Source: Caecitellus pseudoparvulus
Taxonomy: Eukaryota > Protista > Bigyra: Bicosoecida
Reading direction: 5' to 3'
NCBI GenBank assembly: GCA_965644315.1
Contig: CBFFRQ010000032.1
Coordinates: 434,001 to 498,000 of the forward strand
Length of the DNA: 64,000 bases
In this document: in pieces, positions 62,401 to 64,000 of the stretch
How positions within the stretch are numbered: the first letter of the stretch is position 1
How the letters are laid out: every line of letters starts with the position of its first letter
The notes under the pieces: generated by a model
The model's input: the letters and a program-made list of their open reading frames with translations, nothing else
What the model was told of the DNA's origin: nothing
The model's database searches: none
Made by a program: the position numbers and the translations under genes

Positions 62401-63999
62401 ACCCATCTCTCCATTCGCCGGCATGTCTATCCAAGCATTGATGTCGACTGTCAGGGCCAGCGCGTCCGCCAGGGGATTCTTGAGGTCCCCTGGCAGGAAC
62501 ACCGCTGGCCGTGCTATGGACGCTTTGATCGTCATGTCACAATCCCCCGCGACAGCTTGCTGCAGCGGACGAGGGAGGCCTGGCAAGCTTGATGGCGGGC
62601 GGCCAAGCAGAGAACTCTCCAGAACGTGGTGCAGCGTGTTGTCAAGTGCAGTGTTCTGGTTGTCGTGCAAACGAGCTGCTGCGTGTTCAGCGACTGCGAC
62701 TTGAGCCCTGAGCCATGCCGTGCCCTCTGGGAGCAGGGTGGACAGAGGGCCTGCAGAGCAAGCATCTGCAACACCATGTCCATCTTGGGCTCGGGCTGCA
62801 CGCAGAATGGAAGCAACGGCCCCTGCTTCTGCGCCTGAAACGTCTCCATTCTCGCCTTTCACGAAAATGTGGGCAGCTGAGCCAAGCGGCTGCGGGCTGG
62901 GCCTCCCGCCTGTGTAGTAGGTGCCAGGAACGTCGAGCCAGGAGAGAATCTCCCACAGCACCGGGGACAGCACAATCGCGGCGTCAGAGACGGAAGTTTC
63001 CATGGTCATTACGTTGGCATATGGCTCAGAGCCGGGCTTTGCTGCCCCGGGGGTGTCGGGCACGTAGCCCCACCGGTTCACGTCGGGCATGCAAGGGCGA
63101 CCGCTCTCGTCCACGTGAGGGCCCATGTACAGTGCAAATTCAAGTGGGGCTGGAGACATGGACCTTCCCAACAACGTTTGCCAGTAAGCCGAAACCTTCT
63201 CAGCTGCCGAACGGGCGGAATCGTCGCCTGTGGCCGCCCCCTGAGTCTGGGCAGTCGCCGATGATTCGCTCCGCATAAACAGCAGTCGTGCCAGGTGTGG
63301 GTGAACATGACTGTCTGAAAAGTCCCGACGATCGTCAGCAGCGATTTCCCGTACCTTCACGACGACTGTCATGTCCCATGCACACCCGAAAGTCACACCA
63401 ACACGCAAGTCGGAGAGGGTGAAGGTGGCAATAGTAGCCGCGCGGGGTGAGCTGGCCATATCTCGTTTGGTGGGAATCGGGCCGAGGTCCACGTTCCACA
63501 AATGCTGCGAGGGCTCTTCACTTGTGACCAGCGCGGTGGCTGAGCAGGTGGAGAGCGTGCCATGCTCTGGATGCGCTGGCGTAGGGCAGCAGAGCCTGGC
63601 TGCAGCGGCAGCTCCACAGCCAGCCGTTACCTCGTCAAGCACCTCACCCGGGTCAAAGCCCACATCTCCATCCAGCATGGTCGCCCGCACCTTCTCCAGA
63701 CGCACCGTGATGAGCATGCTCAAGTGCCCCACAGGGCCCCAAGCAGGGTAGGGACTAGGCACCACGGGTGGCGGGCCCTGCGTCCCCACGGGCAGGAAGG
63801 GCGCAGGGATGGGCGTCGCCACTTCTGAGATGTTCAAGCTCGCAATGTTCAAGCACAGCATGTAGTGCATCTGGGACAGGGACAGGCAAAGCGGGGACAG
63901 CACGATGTTCACCTCCATGGGAGGACCCGAGAGTGGATCTGTAGCCCTGCTGCCCGGTAAGCCTTGCGTTGGCAAGGCAAAGCCGGCAAGGAGAGGCGG
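44413..63999 (-). CDS. VPS13: VPS13-family bridge-like lipid-transfer protein, C-terminal >6,500 aa; 5' end lies beyond the window
   Basis: The frame is open to the window edge. 'VTVVND....MPLL...ADFYNPESAVWEPLLEPW'; VAB/SHR-BD-like 'FAPFWVVNRAALPL' and 'YRIDN'; APT1-like 'IVVSIVDHRPREVLLMSL...LQVDNQL'; ATG2_C-like 'KLYIRSLTLHPV...GSVSFLGNPVGLV...GLVGFVLKPTAGALD'; 'RQRLPR'. Confidence 0.92.
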   Translation of the reverse strand, partial: PPLLAGFALPTQGLPGSRATDPLSGPPMEVNIVLSPLCLSLSQMHYMLCLNIASLNISEVATPIPAPFLPVGTQGPPPVVPSPYPAWGPVGHLSMLITVRLEKVRATMLDGDVGFDPGEVLDEVTAGCGAAAAARLCCPTPAHPEHGTLSTCSATALVTSEEPSQHLWNVDLGPIPTKRDMASSPRAATIATFTLSDLRVGVTFGCAWDMTVVVKVREIAADDRRDFSDSHVHPHLARLLFMRSESSATAQTQGAATGDDSARSAAEKVSAYWQTLLGRSMSPAPLEFALYMGPHVDESGRPCMPDVNRWGYVPDTPGAAKPGSEPYANVMTMETSVSDAAIVLSPVLWEILSWLDVPGTYYTGGRPSPQPLGSAAHIFVKGENGDVSGAEAGAVASILRAARAQDGHGVADACSAGPLSTLLPEGTAWLRAQVAVAEHAAARLHDNQNTALDNTLHHVLESSLLGRPPSSLPGLPRPLQQAVAGDCDMTIKASIARPAVFLPGDLKNPLADALALTVDINAWIDMPANGEMGLVAELSGLRGMRASMTSPAAQHLYARALRKIHRAVPGLTSKQTSPSHSPTASIRVGPSSGAFGPKLVSAGVSGEGVLAWYMSETGRPAHLSIGAVDTSDYMKPFSLSALYKAQYAHALSGGASLASRTEVRVSSLHALRLRLGFQDLNLVNAAIASMGLSGDPADDILVLGREARFGPVQEARTDEPRKEAYSPIHMCVPGAYRGHPRPDTLAAGGRPHSAEEAALQRRATGGSVYLFVDQESMFGRELAVQVQGEKPDAALVPGSIATHRRLHVLRRKYRHPSTRAVLTLRTLSSDVLAQWLCLEQNVSGTPGTLSGTNVQAPPHRLSWGITGWHTAHIGREVDGTAGASWKYANDTAQTTAAGKDIDSAVSDSQQLSLVAAVLLPSVSVTVVNDLAGRDMPLLQLEVSKLRASALGFHFRQRMLAEAGLKVTADFYNPESAVWEPLLEPWKLHIEYAAPQPLTLTPAVSQRAATAAAARLARGHPHAGITANTVMLGAKADERVLKSAQLPLAPAWPGRSRQRPPLRLVCGSALFALEDAILDTPSKRALASQPPREPVDQGSLRALSGSHQAQWMRDLETLLDPTTVEDETLLGADADSDDEAYGATATSGGSSITRESGAACMPGRFTTPADEERKRMEALRQQHLQRKASMGPKLKGSSAPWGTGAAPGDGWWLTSYSGVLPKDIPADSHVRVYAAKPLNINISTALINNVFESLGALDRKEGQVPQVLLDASGAPIAWVPADSQTPKPLPHLASAPPRQRTIAMSSSATAIPWDRIPPAKLPLSLQQAGGYLYVRNDTEVSVMYTHVSEDGGLLHRGSSFLAGQVRDLGGAAVAQVVPRVARDPAVQGALQAATAHLHPSTARAIMANSDDFVSLLLPGLRGRPGSSSEKAHGALRRLRRAVQVTAAFGASSKAQVPTQDMSARPSAAGHDDLLRRFKGASSLNSHVSEAPSRASSTSSSDTPAASRRASTLGAVWDFTASGIGYQVREAHEVALAERRDVASALERVGDAGHVPSAEHSDGRSLSQLGWKAGFGQQVDYTLPRCAPFPAFAAGSVHRASAPAPDVDEAAVLGIVSSEGAALEVMGVPSWNGAHLHANSVRGDVLSAALPPAVPHLPRTLYGDEWRGVSIAGALFKYSWRKDKWRKQHAALFGSKFVVFGTKQPRPQPKPAQLPRGDVPFWARKLAPRILSLDREEVFVTADCMDPLLRSPGPFSLEVRRTKLRSVADMLRAQEFLLQHRGLMGCGPDCSDEQALGLATSITQSTELSLSFASFSEFALWWRALLPFTLLHKVASGAHAHAIAPAFRKVQSIATLGSASHAAAIAAQFSSKWTAPSVALSGAMSHQTLRSAVVSGLVMRQGMLAIGHAAASQVVSKLILRPHEEHRSSLRGIVLGVIGSLARGPQAQHSWQLGGVEEGHASPALTQPSRRPTPSTASTPRKLWGRIVDAGGAAAGDASPGPPHEAAPPSLPALPPPHDDKFAGDEESGFQVAPHSSRRTLVRSAASSHGQTGMAMTDAVRPHLWLDILDEALDLTKLHLPVDIVGVHYLPLRNPFAYPVVSQRARPLSGAGGGLSRDGSRSVAERKFDEDIAGQAPHAESAAGGPQGIDHAILPGQGVVANVSFLEGVKTLHVRSTVHFENMTAVPMLLQFETRGTLHTVEGGASSGSGSQTLHHIRGRIIERSVLTPGQSMFAPLAAAADGQVRFAPFSFDSCPAWLQAQLGDLRRERYGSVSRASSFASESGMQATEEDDSSAIPLHSIPCDAPLPLLTPFTLSAPIDLVRAQAVASGVSWEAVEEYVSFAVGMQRNATMEGDVGSTEAGQPKSCSCGGTEKSRRQQVIACRAAAARDLSACLSRKDPFKNTGRTLRIACPGAVFKSNTSSTGRGAESPAVAETEYFQRPTFHCSAFMRREWPVPGSSWHPSAQQHGHGASEAGSSRTSACSSSERDVYTTHISLLPCVRVESNVPLPVRVAVLQQEAALRVSDDPRNHPAAVLADALAQRGTTQVVRGMAVAGSAASRSVDLREEPPWGAALDLGQPTPELANECLFSGDVQDILFAPCKGVPEEMSGSVPDMAGVGYGSELASARIHAALRSHLWDLPQGGSLSVWHSAADTRTPLQVESGAAQALEPCYLSDLDASLGSVLALGDVALSVRLLGSISVNGLPWSLVKPGQAHRVQGGAASCTHLEIPPVYFKHAEAVEAGAVKVAEEFQSSPAGKAILSAAPQGGEHDRFYISSLSSADAAPLHLGVELKFGGEAAGLVLAASGASSAAHKASAKRALSALRIMQGDSVHVKLFAPFWVVNRAALPLSLSVGRSGAVGAATLMAQYIASTRAFGTFRSAASDEAGDIQSSSTESQGSELVQVVTPDTGAPAQPRDVSTFLDERGIDGQGLRGTIHHGASSSSATSALRRAAHLLVGLDLSHGASLARAALDPTSYASALAGAECDASKEPQHALDGHEWLGLLEKTNLEGASIDFATLFRFSKQVAALSSPDLPQSPASCSDDDTVQHPPLQPHEAATWLAQQPLDLHSLSEPASHEVPGVVLELLSAPVSSRPTAEVPLRLMAMGSSQRSSGFDISKAMDCVVTVSHGASLESQGGPPLPHDVQFAAAVATATRALPALVRSLHPVIPDALQLHTTPWPDRQGPGQQLLAGARALTVTVPDGRPLVATVPAPPAQFDRFSRTLASKLGFESEIGARVVPAPGKFFRANMVFLAHRAVLVNRSGSTVLVRQGFAHQVDTPSTLQHVLPPLATTRSRAVASLMESSPAMARRLQDPSCDGASSTWHATLVPQSVPGISASAEDASTSAAMQESQPPSRASSTVALAVDSHPSPAWMPLSFSSISGYPSKHPHTLRLQLLGEPAMSGPLFTAHSSAVILQARALSPALRGLVGQASRMLSAAGSGMNVDMEELAASWSSVASTMDKSMLSNCVDSPDGGLSWTLRGFGMELLPLASNALDPHVFAPGHNMAPLQPAAPCAGPLALCRHPWQDQQAGGQVTFPGLGTLALLNPAVPRSAICALAAVFGSRWFASQAWTWSMDFQVRPSDLTLKLRRRLDGPHAPARGIVSSQAEAALHALQHNEAWQQYMQAQTGEAGDEWGSASVPSTLAVAASEQPCPMQAVGTKVPTAAWAAVSTRTPAQILQQAGLAASLVTAQRRRRMWLADDISESASAAQHPALCSLVPPGHAAVALRCCRGVSPEQVAWLGVKVVDSSPTVEVAILPQPLRLSPGSRFSSYRIDNACSLDSVSIRQRGVGPAASETVPCGGGAAIPGTSSLPFALDAAAIAGPTGGEAEPPSQGGGKPEVHIALKPVGVAGICYRARGDVGRAAALGAWSLAAEFLVQSALGGSTLNNFVNCRVEDALSSHATRASLHDVAIHLASGAENAEDPDAQHGLHGDGWMVRPSLKHDRGHREVPLVVLRHDDTEAEEGGHDGWGELGPDGTVSLQCDDIGSQRQVWVGKSSDPHWRPGKRSASDLLSTLRATHGQPAAPRGGTDSGGVFGSMGMAAAGVSSALLGSLNLGARQSRKPLHSRPSQEGNEFTWRAAAISRLHLPAGGVAGTRKVFVDVVADEATGAMKVVRVSDVPSDESDALQYLRARLAEAEVHVALGVALGKHLMAISRKHEEAVITSATARFTAHSVVQSPTRGPEQVPHDASSTGSSLVSPRELPSTPEAWQAQVAAADQEQRVYEERVRVLTHNPWYNLHDFYPVHLPSGRPVEVDEDAHVPYWELQDLNLHPHRAHVDAEVPTGPETLWLQVVSASGLPVADPTSSLGSGGGSSDPYAAFTLTGVVDSPFTTRHCTATLDPLWGEQYVFSLRDKLRLQDRTELHLKVWDWDRASSDDLMAEVVVPLTGLRRDVVVDRWFPLSYAEGASMRPAGSVRLRILRTTDLRGQAIAEAREVMEAALAESKLLVSKLEQRIFELQTGVSMEEAAEKAVSQVRAPPTSTGPSHAGRHDDGSDAQSVTRSDSGRSDSVSFDSSGGVPVGLADALPGGAAAESHPLPEAGRAVERDLTGAQADSAPAAALERGNLLAAAPVAQTASGARRMLRRIPGAVDAAARAALPPASNHLPLVLPKAALLQDQGTPAAPADRSLRWRVVGQQLQVRVVEGRGLTGVTRRLVALAQSEKARRQAEGSKEHLATETQEAPPGDRHYKAMRAPTGAGGSSEGESLGTFTLALRSLPDQELDRLISNCQAGRLYSALRVGHTLRRTPIADTTARVEVVGAPLGLGFRRAQASPAFTSRLREAEVAELVRAQAARWNAVQGSSTSHLHVGSLSLNSDEGGGLASVPASAEALRGQPEGRLQELARAAARKTRSQAAQRMNPFSGVGASDGVIGVAQGQTLSAAAGSGRPGVSMQGAALVDSDTYARLSSGSSVASVPQLAPMQELGLQSFSLEVSSVAAEVLAAAVQPTCQRVGEAITVGSLVTHIGEQCLAGVPFKEAAALLQAAVAGASPDDPVVLRFIPASAIPADDGTPLLPPGDGGELSTYWGSMCQFGNMVPPPPLVCDAGARSASMPGPELAGAIASVLSMRAGGAGGGVDDLALHVPQYHPQGRRATEALERFSTSPGPHYQFSPGSHAFDALSGLQLVEHGAPSSVWDDARRAGRKAPPALLTASAEGVQIPTGPHISLEIFARDLLSAATGEAAGQAATPAKHTSLQDIPDGAVPLTGTQPELCCVGAPGLDGSSTVGRQLQVQSAPMSYILGQRGVLSESQQVPAGQVSRHDTSIAHRAFIPLAPGGQGTDRWHTLSPPSATVAFPSRDLRDDEEFDAPQVRVVQEWVPLFAAKAAVPSMVAEISIEGIVVSIVDHRPREVLLMSLTGVKTAASMSHAGDTAFDVSLGHLQVDNQLQGAAHRIIVGRVDAPAGIASPTPDERFTLQQMRTCHRRDVALVDTSMTGPAAPDGVAAALQGGDPYDAGAAEAAAAAAADPLLAVSLNLKSHPKVTYVEHLAVRLVRLGIEVDDQLLGAVLELVAHLRFGPDSAAGAKEDTARRLQRTWSSFDLHSQGASGAPSPAQSPDVSGALSTGEAASEQAGAPLELAPPQAEGDDLNVLSALDRSYSAVQRLPSVRSKLFSDARLSQLSQPGAVLRGFSSASKLYIRSLTLHPVLIEITLSLGDDVDFLNKLIPDIPVFGFLKNIILGLGTLILNVDHAPIEVGSLHAPHVFEDTSMLTARISSFYISSIVRGFYKVVGSVSFLGNPVGLVQNISADVVSVLYEPAQGLMSGQDAGSSAVALGSKAVSLVSNTTVGVVDSGGKIVHSLARAVRSIDFDTAGAATRAANAAAGGRGPAHIGLGVLEGGKSLLWGLWQGTSGLVTAPYYGAQEDGAMGAAVGLGKGLVGFVLKPTAGALDSALLLLSSTSSTVSAGSSLITGEEKLNLRVRQRLPRSLGGGPGGGGRALISPYSRREAEGMARLYLLSASGKAVGEVYRFHAPIYAMQLFDEGTPGAHESAYRRLNQQWTSDFPALSMHAAHHHEGGSDRAPKESAADGEVDVADGQALPSDDGSGSEAQALRASDSDQMRVGEHAGVQLQHSRAPRMLVSPAFGGLAFPVQTPGAAEAKAGAGAARLLVGPAQPALCNGHTARFMSLDGREVLVSDGSLAASGGPQERPAMPRRPQPDTAPFVMLLTDKKIRILHTTSNAVHWSCSLFPTKESSQGALGTGELCAVKEAPMSDTGAIQQGEEGVSVAGPEAHLQVQLDAHVLSVTVQSSKRGWALLLGPVSRAAIALTAVQNALHSQPDRKALLHLEHAAVRAMKDALEANQHGPFSTLGRLQEQAALARRRRALVLFVQHVSVLAWNPSASAAAAHYASTSHLSSLLVPGTASGATAQEPGPAVGAYCLRVQHIPVLDGRGNTLCHHLHYIVHRSFDQFRRLFAAIPQPWHRTPITQGGTSLTAALVVPPLPEPAVLPTSSRPASGCRFDYNSEDLLNALQRSMSQLLLAAQREAVLQAHSHPLCLPRHIWLRLRKELERFLGII

Positions 64000-64000
64000 C

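Noticed and set aside
29413-63999. Lower GC and weaker codon bias in the cadherin and VPS13 genes as a sign of foreign DNA
   Set aside because: Both are eukaryotic gene families, the cadherin has a host-type intron, and no integration scars or mobility genes are present; low expression is a simpler explanation.

Overview
Gene-dense, GC-rich nuclear DNA from a microbial eukaryote, not a prokaryote: I could reconstruct 23 short GT-AG spliceosomal introns by hand. A stramenopile origin is inferred from a nonagonal-type cadherin. There are 15 protein-coding genes, in order: ISWI remodeller (3' part), COP9 subunit 3, signal peptidase subunit SPC12/SPCS1, USP40-like deubiquitinase, a divergent MTAP/PNP-family phosphorylase, M1 aminopeptidase N, a small ankyrin protein, a secreted SAM-methyltransferase-like protein, a PiT phosphate transporter, TCF25/Rqc1, mitochondrial Hsp60, an ERD2-related receptor, PEX16, a ~5,037-aa receptor, and the 3' >19.5 kb of a giant VPS13-like gene. 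The receptor is the standout: signal peptide, ~21 cadherin repeats (three from a recent 315-bp triplication), ~9 IPT/TIG domains, a Cys-rich stalk, 9 TM helices and a cytoplasmic C2-like domain. The VPS13-like protein carries extra PH, C2, PDZ-like and PX-like modules. Genome-level oddities are GTGCGT-dominated 5' splice sites, introns confined to gene 5' ends, an apparent excess of 3n-length introns, and convergent genes only 18-44 nt apart sharing a TGCA-core motif. No tRNA, rRNA, CRISPR array or mobile element is supported. All calls come from motif recognition by eye; no searches were run.
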